Part shown: in pieces, positions 1-11,591 of the stretch
Layout of the letters: each line of letters begins with the position of its first letter
Numbering within the stretch: position 1 is the first letter of the stretch
The notes under the pieces: generated by a model
The model's input: only the letters and a program-made list of their open reading frames with translations
What the model was told of the DNA's origin: nothing
Databases searched by the model: none
Made by a program: the position numbers and the translations under genes
NCBI GenBank assembly: GCA_963666115.2
Contig: CAXXET010000006.1
Span: 320,001 to 384,000 of the forward strand
Length of the DNA: 64,000 nt
Origin: Dehalococcoidia bacterium
GTDB taxonomy: Bacteria > Chloroflexota > Dehalococcoidia > UBA6926
Direction: 5' to 3'

Positions 1-1244
1 TTGACGTGGTGAGGCGTTATCTTGGCCATCGGGGCTACAACGTGCGGGTCGTGCAGAACTTCACGGACGTTGACGACAAGATCATCGCGCGCGCCCAGGA
101 GACGGGGCAGACCGCAGCGGAACTCGCGGAGACCTACATGGGCCTCTTCCGCGAAGACATGGAGTTGCTGAACGTGCTTCCGGCGGACGAATACCCGCTT
201 GCAACTGCTGAAGTGCCTTCGATGATTGAGATGATTTCCGGCCTCATCGACAAGGGGTTCGCGTATGCCGCAGGCGGCGACGTCTACTTCCGCGTGGACA
301 GGTTCGACAGCTACGGCAAGCTCTCTCACCGCACGCCGGACGGGATGATGGCGGGGGCGCGGGTCGCCCCCAATGAGCTCAAGGAATCGCCTCTGGACTT
401 CACGCTGTGGAAGGGCGCGAAGGAAGGCGAGCCGTCATGGGACAGCCCGTGGGGTCCCGGCCGCCCCGGCTGGCACATCGAGTGCTCTGCCATGTCCCTG
501 TCCTATCTCGGCCAAAAGATCGACATTCACGGCGGCGGGGCGGACCTGATCTTTCCCCACCATGAGAACGAAATCGCCCAGACGGAGGCATTCACCGGCA
601 CTGAGCCGTTCGCGCAGCACTGGCTCCACAACGGGCTGCTGCAACTCGGCGAGGAGAAGATGAGCAAGTCGCTCGGCAACCTCGTCTCCATCCGCGAGGT
701 TGTTGAGCAGCACGGCGCGGACGCGTTCCGGCTGTTCGTGCTGACATCCCACTACCGGATGCCGCTGACGTGGACGGACGATGGCGTTTTGGCGTCGGCC
801 CGCGCGGCTGAGCGGCTGTCTCGCGCCGCATGGGCAGCCGGAGGCGAGGGCAGCGCGCCCAACGTGGACGCATTCCGCGAACGTTTCCATGAGGCCATGG
901 ACGATGATCTCAACACGCCGCAGGCGCTCGCGGCACTCTTTGACATGGCCAGGGAGATCAACCGCACCGCAGGAGAGGGCGCTGATGTTTCAGACGCCTG
1001 CGCGTCATTGCGCGAGCTTGGCGGCGTGCTGGGCCTGCGGCTGGAGCAGCCCGGCAGCGCGGACGGACTCGGCGACGCCGGCCCGTTCATCGAGCTGCTG
1101 ATCGAGACACGGACGGCATTGCGGAAGGAAAAGCAGTTCGCGCTGGCGGACGGCCTGCGGGATAGGCTCGCGGAAATAGGTGTCGTGCTGGAGGATACGC
1201 CGCGCGGCACGGAATGGCGGTTCGAGCGGCGCGGCGGGCAATAG
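1..1244 (+). CDS. cysS: Cysteine--tRNA ligase (5' end outside window)
   Basis: NFTDVDDKII, GRPGWHIECSAM, DIHGGGxDLIFPHHENE and KMSKS motifs. Confidence 0.97.
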   Translation, partial: DVVRRYLGHRGYNVRVVQNFTDVDDKIIARAQETGQTAAELAETYMGLFREDMELLNVLPADEYPLATAEVPSMIEMISGLIDKGFAYAAGGDVYFRVDRFDSYGKLSHRTPDGMMAGARVAPNELKESPLDFTLWKGAKEGEPSWDSPWGPGRPGWHIECSAMSLSYLGQKIDIHGGGADLIFPHHENEIAQTEAFTGTEPFAQHWLHNGLLQLGEEKMSKSLGNLVSIREVVEQHGADAFRLFVLTSHYRMPLTWTDDGVLASARAAERLSRAAWAAGGEGSAPNVDAFRERFHEAMDDDLNTPQALAALFDMAREINRTAGEGADVSDACASLRELGGVLGLRLEQPGSADGLGDAGPFIELLIETRTALRKEKQFALADGLRDRLAEIGVVLEDTPRGTEWRFERRGGQ

Positions 1245-1284
1245 GAATCAATCGCCAAGACTCGTCCAGGAGCAGCTTTTACCT

Positions 1285-1734
1285 ATGTGGCTCATCACCT
1301 TCGATATAGATGGAACCATGGAGTTTGGCGACCCAAACGGCGTCTTGACGCGGGAGCACGTCGAGTATTTCCGGTCCAAGGGCGCGATCGTCGGCAGCGC
1401 GTCAGACAGGCCTGAGAGTTCGCAGTTGATCATGTGGCGGGGCTACGGCCTAGAGCCTGACTTTGTGCTGCTCAAGCACCATATGCCGACTCTCAAGGAG
1501 CGTTACCCGGATTTGGCGACGTATTGGCACGTTGGCGACCGACCGCTGGATCAACAGACCGCGCGCCAGGCGGGCTTCACCTTCTTCTGGCCGGATCAAT
1601 TTCCGTCGCCGGAGATGGGCGACGACTTCTTCATGCACGTGAAGCCGCCCGAAGAGGGAGGATCACTCTCCGCTGGTGAGGCCGCCGTGCGCCTTGCCGC
1701 CCACGCGCTGGACGTGGACGGCGTTAGCCCGTGA
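1285..1734 (+). CDS. HAD-superfamily hydrolase
   Basis: N-terminal ITFDIDGT (DxDGT) and HVGD motifs; ATG at 1285 with AGGAG upstream. Confidence 0.75.
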   Translation: MWLITFDIDGTMEFGDPNGVLTREHVEYFRSKGAIVGSASDRPESSQLIMWRGYGLEPDFVLLKHHMPTLKERYPDLATYWHVGDRPLDQQTARQAGFTFFWPDQFPSPEMGDDFFMHVKPPEEGGSLSAGEAAVRLAAHALDVDGVSP

Positions 1735-1948
1735 ATCGCGAACTGGCTATAGCCAATACGACGAAGATGACGGCGAGCCCGATTGTGGCCTGAAACAGGG
1801 TCTTTTCAAAGCCGCGCCGCGCCCGGAAGACGGACGCGCCCGCGCCGAATACGCCGCCGAGGTCCTGCGTCCGCACCTGCAGCAGGATCGCGCCGATCAG
1901 CAGCACGGCGATCAGCAACTGCAACACGTGGATGATGATAGTGATCAT
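1724..1948 (-). CDS. secG: Preprotein translocase subunit SecG
   Basis: 74 aa, two TM helices, ILLQ..LGGVFG..RRGFEKTL pattern. Confidence 0.9.
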   Translation of the reverse strand: MITIIIHVLQLLIAVLLIGAILLQVRTQDLGGVFGAGASVFRARRGFEKTLFQATIGLAVIFVVLAIASSRFTG

Positions 1949-1984
1949 TGATTCCGTTCCTTTGGCGACATCGATTCGCTCCGT

Positions 1985-3514
1985 CTATTGTGCCTCATTG
2001 CCGGCCGGCGCGAGCGCTTGCAGCTGCTCGGCCACCAACTGGTTCGCCACTTGCGGGTTCGCCTGCCCGCGCGTGGCGCGCATGACCTGGCCCACGAGGA
2101 AACCGACGGCGTTCTGCTTGCCCTTCTGGAAATCCGCAACCGCCTTGGGGTTGGCCTCGATGGCCTCTCGCACGGCGGCACCCAGCGCGTCCTGGTCGCT
2201 GATCTGCGTCAGGCCTTTCTCCTCGACAATCTGCCCGGGGCTTTTGCCAGCGCTGAACATCTCAGGGAAGACCTCTTTGGCCATGCGAACGCTGATCGTC
2301 CCGTCGTCCATCAGGTCAAGCATCGCGGCAAGGGCAGAGGCGGCAATAGGCGAGTCCGCAATGTCCGTGTCCGCCTCGCTGAGCAGGTGCGTCAAGTCGA
2401 CCATGACCCAGTTGGCGACGGCCTTGGCGCGGGCGCGCGCAGCTTCGTCGTTGGCCTGCCCGGAGGCGTGGGTGGCTTCTTCAAAGTAGTCCGCGGTTGA
2501 GCGCGCAGCCGTCAGCAGGCCGGCGTCGTAGGCGGACAGGCCGTACTCCGACATGAAGCGGCTGTGCCGGGCATCCGGCAGTTCCGGGAGAGACTGCCGC
2601 AACTCGCCGACCCATTCCCTGCCGACGACGAGCGGAGGCAGGTCAGGCTCAGGGAAATAGCGGTAATCCTGCGCGTATTCCTTGGAACGCTGGGAGAGGG
2701 TCGAGCCCGCCTCCTCGGACCAGCCGCGCGTTTCCTGCGGGATGCGTTCGCCTCGACCCAAGAGTTCCGTCTGCCGCTGCACCTCGAACTCCAACGCGCG
2801 AAAGACGGCGCGGAAGGAGTTCATGTTCTTGACCTCAACCTTCCAGTTGGGCAGGGGGTCGCCGGGCGCGCGCATGGAGATATTGGCGTCGCAGCGGAAG
2901 CTGCCCTCCTCCATGTTGCCGGTGGAGACGCCCAGGTACTGGAGGATGGAGCGCAGCTTGGTGAGGTAGAGCCGCGCCTCCTCCGGCGAGCGCAAGTCAG
3001 GCTCGCCGACGACCTCCATGAGCGGCACACCGGAGCGGTTGATGTCCACCAGTGAATACGTCTCGCCGGTGACGTCGACGCGGTGCGTGAGGCGGGCCGT
3101 GTCCTCCTCGAGGTGGACGCGCGTGATGCCGACTTTGCGCGCCTCGCCGTCCTCCGGCTCGATCTCCAGCCAGCCGTTGCGGGTCAGCGGCAGATCGTAC
3201 TGGGAAATCTGGTAGCCCTTCATCAGGTCTGGGTAGGGGTAGTTCTTGCGGTCGAACTTGGTGTCCTCGGCGATCTCGCAGTTCAATGCGAGCGCGGTCA
3301 TGATGGTGGCCGCGACGGCCTGGCGGTTGATGACGGGCAGCGTGCCGGGGAGGCCCATGCACACCGGGCAGACACGGGTATTGGGCTCCGCGCCCGTATA
3401 GTCCGTCGAACACGCGCAGAACATCTTGCTGTGGGTGAGGAGCTGGGCGTGAACCTCCAGCCCGATTACGGGTTCAAGCGCACGTTCAGTGGGGGCGGTG
3501 GCGGTGGCAGTCAT
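1985..3514 (-). CDS. gatB: Asp/Glu-tRNA amidotransferase subunit B
   Basis: [14 protein letters not shown], FDRKNYxYPDL, [11 protein letters not shown] motifs. Confidence 0.97.
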   Translation of the reverse strand: MTATATAPTERALEPVIGLEVHAQLLTHSKMFCACSTDYTGAEPNTRVCPVCMGLPGTLPVINRQAVAATIMTALALNCEIAEDTKFDRKNYPYPDLMKGYQISQYDLPLTRNGWLEIEPEDGEARKVGITRVHLEEDTARLTHRVDVTGETYSLVDINRSGVPLMEVVGEPDLRSPEEARLYLTKLRSILQYLGVSTGNMEEGSFRCDANISMRAPGDPLPNWKVEVKNMNSFRAVFRALEFEVQRQTELLGRGERIPQETRGWSEEAGSTLSQRSKEYAQDYRYFPEPDLPPLVVGREWVGELRQSLPELPDARHSRFMSEYGLSAYDAGLLTAARSTADYFEEATHASGQANDEAARARAKAVANWVMVDLTHLLSEADTDIADSPIAASALAAMLDLMDDGTISVRMAKEVFPEMFSAGKSPGQIVEEKGLTQISDQDALGAAVREAIEANPKAVADFQKGKQNAVGFLVGQVMRATRGQANPQVANQLVAEQLQALAPAGNEAQ

Positions 3515-3548
3515 GGCTTATTCGTACGGGAATCTCGCTGGCCCTGGA

Positions 3549-3881
3549 TCATTCGTCCCTCGGCAGGGGACCACTGCCGCCCAAGCGACCCGTAACGCGG
3601 TAGCCGACTCGTTCAGCCCACACCTCTGTGGCGTTAGGGCACTCCACGCGCAAGCGGTCTGTCGCCTCCAGAGTGTCCTTGCCCAAGGCCCATTTCCTCG
3701 TTTCGATGTCGATTGCGACGATCTTCCCGTCGTGGTCGTTTATGACCTGCGGTCGGATGTCCTCGTGGTAAATCTCCTTACCGTGGCGGGCAGTTTCATC
3801 AGCCGATAGCCGAGGCAATCGCCTTGCAATCTCCTCAGGCGTTCGTCCCGCCTTGCCCGTCTTCGTTTCCCTCTCGCTCAT
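3549..3881 (-). CDS. Small DUF5678-like protein
   Basis: GKEIY..IRP..GKIVAIDIET pattern; ATG at 3881 with GGAGAG upstream; paralog at 4912-5193. Confidence 0.6.
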   Translation of the reverse strand: MSERETKTGKAGRTPEEIARRLPRLSADETARHGKEIYHEDIRPQVINDHDGKIVAIDIETRKWALGKDTLEATDRLRVECPNATEVWAERVGYRVTGRLGGSGPLPRDE

Positions 3882-3951
3882 CGTTCTCTCCTGCCTGCGT
3901 GGACACGCCCCATGGCCACTCCCATATTGTATGCCCAATCGGAAAGTGGGG

Positions 3952-3979
3952 TTGACCAGAGCCCGTCCGCTGCTATACT
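3952..3979 (+). promoter_or_regulatory. Sigma70-like promoter (TTGACC-16 nt-TATACT, extended -10 TG)
   Basis: Near-consensus hexamers upstream of the 60-aa ORF. Confidence 0.5.
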
Positions 3980-4035
3980 CAGCATCCCAAACATGAGTTT
4001 GTGTGACGGACGCTCCGTCGTAAGGAGGAACCATC

Positions 4036-4218
4036 ATGGGTGAGAAGAAGAGCTTTTCCATCGACCGCAACGGCAAGGTTGAGCGGACGACCGTGGGTGC
4101 TACTGGTCAGAAGCATGTCGATACTGAGGGAAAGCAAGGCAGAAACGGGCATTTCAAGGACGAGGGACAGTATCGCAGGGCAATTGAGAAGGCTGTGAAG
4201 GATAACAGCCGGTCATAG
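4036..4218 (+). CDS. Small basic hypothetical protein (60 aa)
   Basis: TAAGGAGG RBS directly upstream and a promoter-like sequence. Confidence 0.6.
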   Translation: MGEKKSFSIDRNGKVERTTVGATGQKHVDTEGKQGRNGHFKDEGQYRRAIEKAVKDNSRS

Positions 4219-4285
4219 GCGTGGACTCAAGTTCCAGCGTGGTACGGGTCGAGCTTAGTCCCGACAGCGTTCATCTGTCCGAGCG

Positions 4286-4909
4286 TTGGCTTTGCACATC
4301 GCCCCCCTTCTGAGAGACGGCTTCATTGTCGTGATGGTGCTTCTTGTGGCCGTCGCTTGCGATCCGTCTGAAAGCGGGGACGCTACGTCAACTGAAACGA
4401 TCATCCCGGAGGCCACGACGGAAGCGGTCGTGGCGACCCTTGAAGCCGAACTTAGTATGCAGGCGACGGTGGATGCAGCTGTGCCAACTATCGAGGCGCT
4501 CCTTGGCGAGTTTGCTACGGAGGAAGCCCAGATCTCCGGCGCCCTCCGTGTTACCCGCGTTATCGATGGCGACACTGTGGATGTTTGCTGCCCGGAGGCG
4601 CGAGTTCGTTTGCTTGGTATCGATGCGCCGGAGAGTGGGGAGCCACACTCGGATGAGGCGATCGGGATGGTGGAACGCCTGACACAGGGCCAGCCGATCC
4701 GCCTCGAAAAGTGCGAAGAAGAGGCGGATCGGTATGGCCGCCTTCTACGCCATGCTTTCGTTGGCGGAACCCATGTCAACCGCGAACTCGTCGAGGCAGG
4801 CCTCGCCCGCGCGTACGATTTCTCGCTCAACCTCAACCCCTGCTACGAGGACGAGCTGCGCGAGGCCGAGAGCGAGGCGCAGTGGGAAGGCCTGGGCATG
4901 TGGGAGTGA
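4286..4909 (+). CDS. Thermonuclease (SNase) family protein, probable lipoprotein
   Basis: VIDGDT, RVRLLGIDAPE, DRYGRLL, LVEAGLA, GLGMW motifs; AVAC lipobox; exact start uncertain. Confidence 0.88.
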   Translation: MALHIAPLLRDGFIVVMVLLVAVACDPSESGDATSTETIIPEATTEAVVATLEAELSMQATVDAAVPTIEALLGEFATEEAQISGALRVTRVIDGDTVDVCCPEARVRLLGIDAPESGEPHSDEAIGMVERLTQGQPIRLEKCEEEADRYGRLLRHAFVGGTHVNRELVEAGLARAYDFSLNLNPCYEDELREAESEAQWEGLGMWE

Positions 4910-4911
4910 CG

Positions 4912-5193
4912 CTATCTTCCGGCGCCATCCTCTCCTGCTATTCCGACCGTGAACAAGAGAATCTGGCTTATGCCGGGACACTTCTCACGCAGGAGGTGCG
5001 ACGCCTCGTCGGAATCCTTGCCCAGAGCCCAGTTCCCTGAGCGTGTGTCGATCGCGACTATCTCCCCAACGTGGTCGTCGATCACCAGATGGCGGATGTC
5101 TCGCTGATAAATTCGCTCGCCAATCAGACGCTGCTCAAGCATCATCATTCGCCATCCGTGTCCAAAGACATCCCTAAAACTTCGTGGCATCAC
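4912..5193 (-). CDS. DUF5678-like protein, possibly degenerate paralog of 3549-3881
   Basis: GERIY..IR..GEIVAIDTRSGNWALGKD aligns with the 3549-3881 product. Confidence 0.45.
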   Translation of the reverse strand: MMPRSFRDVFGHGWRMMMLEQRLIGERIYQRDIRHLVIDDHVGEIVAIDTRSGNWALGKDSDEASHLLREKCPGISQILLFTVGIAGEDGAGR

Positions 5194-5208
5194 AAGTGAC
5201 TCGCTCAG

Positions 5209-5961
5209 CTAGTCCCTGACAGGCGGCTCCATGAAAAAGCCCGCCAGCAGACCGATGGCCGAGAGCGCAAAGACTGCCGCCGGACAGTCATGCTCGTCCC
5301 GTTTTTCGTCCTCAGCTTGCGATCCGCGAGCCCTCAGGCTCTTTGGATCGACAGCCCTTTTAGGTGGAGTCCTTTCCTCGAACGGGATTCGATCCTTATT
5401 CAACTCCCTGAATTCCAGGTCCGTCAGGTCGAGCTTTTTTCTGTTGCAGACGCGACATGCCAGCTGCGTGTTGCGTCTATGGTCCTGGCCGCCTCTCGCT
5501 TTTGGAACCATGTGCTCCAGTTCAAGCTGGTTATAGGGGTACTGTCGACCGCAGTAGTTGCAGACACCGTCATTCTGCCTGTGGAACCAGTAGCGCTTGT
5601 CTTTGGCCTTCGGATCGTCTGCGCCCTCATAGTGGTCATACGGGCGCGCGCCGGAGGATGGTTTCACGGCTATTCTCCGCTGAGACCTCTGGCACATGAG
5701 GCACAAGTCATACTCGGACGGCTTGAAGCTGCCGCACTCAAGGCACTCGGAGATTACTCCCCGTCTCTCTTGTTCAAAGTGAGATCGACACAGGCGGTGC
5801 TTGTCCGGGATGACCGTGTCGCAATTCTGCTCACGGCACTTGTTAGGTTCCAGCGATTCAGTCTGTAAAGCCGCGTAACACTCGCCGCAATACTCGAACC
5901 ACGGCGGCTTATTCTTGCCGCACCGAGCGCACTCTCGCGGAAAGCGCTGTGTCATGGGCAC
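5209..5961 (-). CDS. HNH endonuclease with N-terminal Cys-rich repeats
   Basis: CNYCG..LEHMVPKARGG..N..LACRVCN HNH motif; several CxxC pairs. Confidence 0.85.
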   Translation of the reverse strand: MPMTQRFPRECARCGKNKPPWFEYCGECYAALQTESLEPNKCREQNCDTVIPDKHRLCRSHFEQERRGVISECLECGSFKPSEYDLCLMCQRSQRRIAVKPSSGARPYDHYEGADDPKAKDKRYWFHRQNDGVCNYCGRQYPYNQLELEHMVPKARGGQDHRRNTQLACRVCNRKKLDLTDLEFRELNKDRIPFEERTPPKRAVDPKSLRARGSQAEDEKRDEHDCPAAVFALSAIGLLAGFFMEPPVRD

Positions 5962-5987
5962 CCCTTCGAATGCCGGTTAGCGTCCGC

Positions 5988-8063
<2,076 letters not shown>

Positions 8064-8154
8064 GATTGTCGGTCAACCCTCCTGCCCGTTTCGCAAAAAA
8101 CGACGGGATTAGCCCCGTCTCAGATAGGAAAATAGCATTTGCGCCCCTATCCCG

Positions 8155-8952
8155 TCAATTGAGAACGCTGCCCGTCACCCCCGCCACCGCCTCGCGGAGA
8201 GCGTCCAGGCGGTCTATCGCCGAGTACGCTGTCGCGTCCATCTGGACGGGGGTGATGGATACTTTCTTCTCTCGCAGCGCCCATACGTCCGTCCCCTCCT
8301 GCGTATCGACGCGACGGCGGCTTGTCTGCCGCTCGATGCTGATCCAGTAGTAATCGCGACGCCCATCGTTCCCGTGCGTCACCTCAAAGTTCACCGCGCG
8401 CGGCACCAGGTTCGTGATCTCCACGCCTCGCAGCGCGTCCAGCCCCAGGTTTGGCACCGTCACGTTAAAGAGGAGGCCCGCGTACCGCTCCTTGTCGGCA
8501 AGAATCCGCTCCGCCAGCGCGCGCGCCACTGCCGCCGCCGTCGTGTACCGCGTCCGCTTCCGCAGCGGCATGGAAATCGCGATGGCCGGTATCCCGCGGA
8601 TATGCGCGTGCAGCGCCGCGCCCACCGTGCCGGATAGGAACACGTCCGCCCCCAGGTTGGTGCCGTGGTTGATGCCGGAGATCACCAGGTCAGGCTTTTC
8701 CTCCGCCATGATGTGGCCGAGCGCGACGATGACCGCGTCACCCGGCGTCCCGTCCACGGCGTAGTGGCGCGCGCCTCGCGTCCGCAGGCGGCGCACTCGC
8801 ACGGGCCGGTGCAGCGTGAAGCTCGCCCCCATCCCGCTCTGCTCGCGGTCCGGCGCCACGACGGTTATCTCGCCCAGCCCGCGCAGCGACTTCACCAGCG
8901 CGAGAATCCCGGGCGCGTGTATCCCGTCATCGTTCGTCAACAGCAATCGCAC
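8155..8952 (-). CDS. surE: 5'/3'-nucleotidase SurE
   Basis: LLTNDDG, GTPxD, SGINxGxN, SGTVGAA motifs. Confidence 0.95.
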   Translation of the reverse strand: MRLLLTNDDGIHAPGILALVKSLRGLGEITVVAPDREQSGMGASFTLHRPVRVRRLRTRGARHYAVDGTPGDAVIVALGHIMAEEKPDLVISGINHGTNLGADVFLSGTVGAALHAHIRGIPAIAISMPLRKRTRYTTAAAVARALAERILADKERYAGLLFNVTVPNLGLDALRGVEITNLVPRAVNFEVTHGNDGRRDYYWISIERQTSRRRVDTQEGTDVWALREKKVSITPVQMDATAYSAIDRLDALREAVAGVTGSVLN

Positions 8953-9052
8953 GCCGCAAGTCTACCCTACTCTGCGGTAGGATGAACGCATGCCCCCGCC
9001 TTCACGGGGGATACGGTAGGGAGCGGGGGTTCGGTAAGGAAAGGAGAACGAA

Positions 9053-9454
9053 ATGGCGCGGTCAATCACATTGGACGAGGCAAACACGGTCATCGCCGGC
9101 GCAATCGCCAAGGCGGAGGAGCAGGGGACGAAGATGAGCATCTCCGTCGTCGACGCGGGCGGGCGTTTGGTCGCCTTCGCGCGGATGGACGGCGCGATCT
9201 GGGCGGGCGTCTACGGCTCGCACGGCAAGGCGATAGCCTCCGCCGCGTTCGGTCGACCGTCGGGATTCTTCCAGGAGATGGCGAGCAACCCGATTTTCGC
9301 GGGCATCAAGGCCGCCGAGGGCGACCACATGATCCTGAGCCTGGGCGCAGTGCCGATCGAAAAGGACGGAGAGGTCATTGGGGCGGTCGGCGTCGGCGGC
9401 GGCACGGGCCAGCAGGATGAGGATTGCGCGGTTGCGGGGGCTGGGGGGGTGTAG
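9053..9454 (+). CDS. GlcG/HbpS family heme-binding protein
   Basis: ISVVDxGG..FARMDGA..KA, GAVGVGG..QDE; AAGGAG RBS. Confidence 0.9.
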   Translation: MARSITLDEANTVIAGAIAKAEEQGTKMSISVVDAGGRLVAFARMDGAIWAGVYGSHGKAIASAAFGRPSGFFQEMASNPIFAGIKAAEGDHMILSLGAVPIEKDGEVIGAVGVGGGTGQQDEDCAVAGAGGV

Positions 9455-9496
9455 GCGGTAGGTGGTATCCTTTTGGGGTAGTGGGAGGGGGAGACT

Positions 9497-10366
9497 ATGC
9501 CTGATGGGGAGAGCGTCGCGACATACCGAGCATTGAGCCTGGGTGCCGGAGTCCAAAGCTCGGTGCTTGCTTTGTTACTATCGCGCGGCGACCAGCGGCT
9601 TGTCGATGCAGGCTATCCGAAACCAGATTTGGCGGTGTTTGCTGATACCGGGTGGGAACCGGACTACGTCTATGAGCATCTGGACTGGTTGGAAACGCAG
9701 CTTGATTTTGAACTCATCCGGGTGAGCGACGGCAATCTCAGGGAGAATTTGAGGCGTGCCAAGACGGTAACCGGGCATGACTTTGTCGACGTTCCGATGT
9801 TCGTGACGAATCCCGATGGCGGGGCAGGTATTCTCCGTCGCCAATGCACGAATCACTACAAGATCCGGCCGATCCATCGGGCAGTGAGGGAACGGGCTGG
9901 AGGAAAGCGCGGACGCCCGTTCCCGAAAAACACCCACGCCGAGATGTGGCTTGGAATCTCAACGGATGAGATTGTGCGAATGAAGCCGAGCCGTGAACCA
10001 TGGACGGTGCATCGATGGCCGCTAATCGACATCGGTATGTCGCGCCAGGACTGCCTCGACTGGTTTGAGAGTGAATACCCTGACCGGCATCTGCCCAGGT
10101 CGGCCTGTGTCATCTGCCCCTATCGCTCTGACGCCCATTGGCAGGAGATGCGCGAGTACGAGCCCGAGAGCTTTGACGAGGCGGTCGCATTTGACAGGTG
10201 GCTGCGAAAGTCGTCAAAGAACCCGGTGCGGCAAGTGCTTGCGGGTCGCCCGTATCTGCATAGGACGCGCAGACCCCTTGGTAGCGCAGTTGAGGGTCTT
10301 GCGAGCGGCACACTTGTTGATGATGGGCTGTTTGAGGATGAATGTGAAGGTCACTGTGGCGTCTGA
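9497..10366 (+). CDS. PAPS-reductase-like / PP-loop adenine nucleotide alpha-hydrolase family protein with Cys motifs
   Basis: SLGAGVQS PP-loop variant, FADTGWE, RQCT, SACVICPY, C-terminal CEGHCGV. Confidence 0.75.
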   Translation: MPDGESVATYRALSLGAGVQSSVLALLLSRGDQRLVDAGYPKPDLAVFADTGWEPDYVYEHLDWLETQLDFELIRVSDGNLRENLRRAKTVTGHDFVDVPMFVTNPDGGAGILRRQCTNHYKIRPIHRAVRERAGGKRGRPFPKNTHAEMWLGISTDEIVRMKPSREPWTVHRWPLIDIGMSRQDCLDWFESEYPDRHLPRSACVICPYRSDAHWQEMREYEPESFDEAVAFDRWLRKSSKNPVRQVLAGRPYLHRTRRPLGSAVEGLASGTLVDDGLFEDECEGHCGV

Positions 10367-11591
10367 AAGTTCTACTATCCAGGCCCTTTATGGCCTTCAT
10401 CCTTATCAGCGCCAAGTTTTGGGCGATATAGTCGCGGCGCTTGCAGAGCCCGAGGGCCGGGTTGTTGCTCACCTACCTACTGGTGCTGGCAAGACCAGAA
10501 TTGCTAGCCACGTTGCGGGGCACATGCTCAACAGCAGTTCTGGAGATAGTGCCCTAGTTATCTGGCTTGCGTCCACCGAGGAACTATGTGACCAGGCCGC
10601 TGAAACACTCGAACGCGCCTGGCAGCATGTGGGCCAGAGAAACGTAACAATGAATCGGTTTTGGGGTGGACATCGAATCGATTTGCGACAGATTGAAGGT
10701 GGCTTTCTGGTTGCCGGGCTGGCGAAACTCTGGGCAGTTGCCAGCCAGGACAATACCTGGAGTCCTCATCTCGCACAAAGAACTGCGGGAGTGATCTTTG
10801 ATGAGGCTCACCAGGCAGTGGCGAGAACCTATTCATATTTGACGGAACAACTCATTGGATCAAGGACCCCGTTGCTTGGACTGACCGCAACTCCTGGCCG
10901 TAAAGCGTCCTTGAGTGATGAGGATTATGCCTTAGCGGAGATGTTTGCTCACAAGAAAGTGTCGATCGATCCCAAAGGGCACGTTAGCCCGGTTACGTAC
11001 CTGATTGCGAACGGATACCTTGCCGACCCTCGCTTTGTCACGAGGGCATTCACCGGCCAGCAGCGCGATTCACTTCGAACGAATAACGGCGATTATGCTC
11101 AGGAACTGCTCGACGAATTGGGGAGGGATCGAGAGCGCAACCAGAATATTGTAGATTGGACAGCAGACGCAGCGACTAGGCACAAGCGGATCATTGTATT
11201 CTGTCCTTCGGTCGAAAGTGTCCAGCAATGTGGGCAGCAGTTGGAGTTAAGGGGCCTCCAAGCAAACGGGATTACAGCAACGACTCCCCAAGATGTCCGC
11301 TCTGAGATTATTCGCAAATATCGCGAGACCTCGTCCACCCCCAGGATAATCTTGAATTATGGTGTCCTCACTGCGGGCTTCGACGCGCCACAGACTTCAT
11401 GCGCAATCATTGCGCGCCCGACTCAATCGCTGGTACTATATTCTCAGATGGTAGGTCGTGCGCTGCGGGGTCCGCGCGTTGGGGGAAATAGGTGGGCCGA
11501 AATACTCACCGTTGTCGACATGGACTTACCGGGGTTCGACTCTGTTACTGACGCATTTAGGAATTGGGAGGAGCTATGGCAGGAGAACTGA
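10356..11591 (+). CDS. SF2 DEAH-box (ResIII-like) helicase
   Basis: PTGAGKT, DEAH, GLTATP, QMVGRALR; GTG start inferred overlapping the upstream stop. Confidence 0.9.
   Translation: MASESSTIQALYGLHPYQRQVLGDIVAALAEPEGRVVAHLPTGAGKTRIASHVAGHMLNSSSGDSALVIWLASTEELCDQAAETLERAWQHVGQRNVTMNRFWGGHRIDLRQIEGGFLVAGLAKLWAVASQDNTWSPHLAQRTAGVIFDEAHQAVARTYSYLTEQLIGSRTPLLGLTATPGRKASLSDEDYALAEMFAHKKVSIDPKGHVSPVTYLIANGYLADPRFVTRAFTGQQRDSLRTNNGDYAQELLDELGRDRERNQNIVDWTADAATRHKRIIVFCPSVESVQQCGQQLELRGLQANGITATTPQDVRSEIIRKYRETSSTPRIILNYGVLTAGFDAPQTSCAIIARPTQSLVLYSQMVGRALRGPRVGGNRWAEILTVVDMDLPGFDSVTDAFRNWEELWQEN

Noticed and set aside
10065-10355. Long N-terminal extension of the helicase ORF
   Set aside because: Overlaps the PAPS-like gene; helicase motifs begin after GTG 10356
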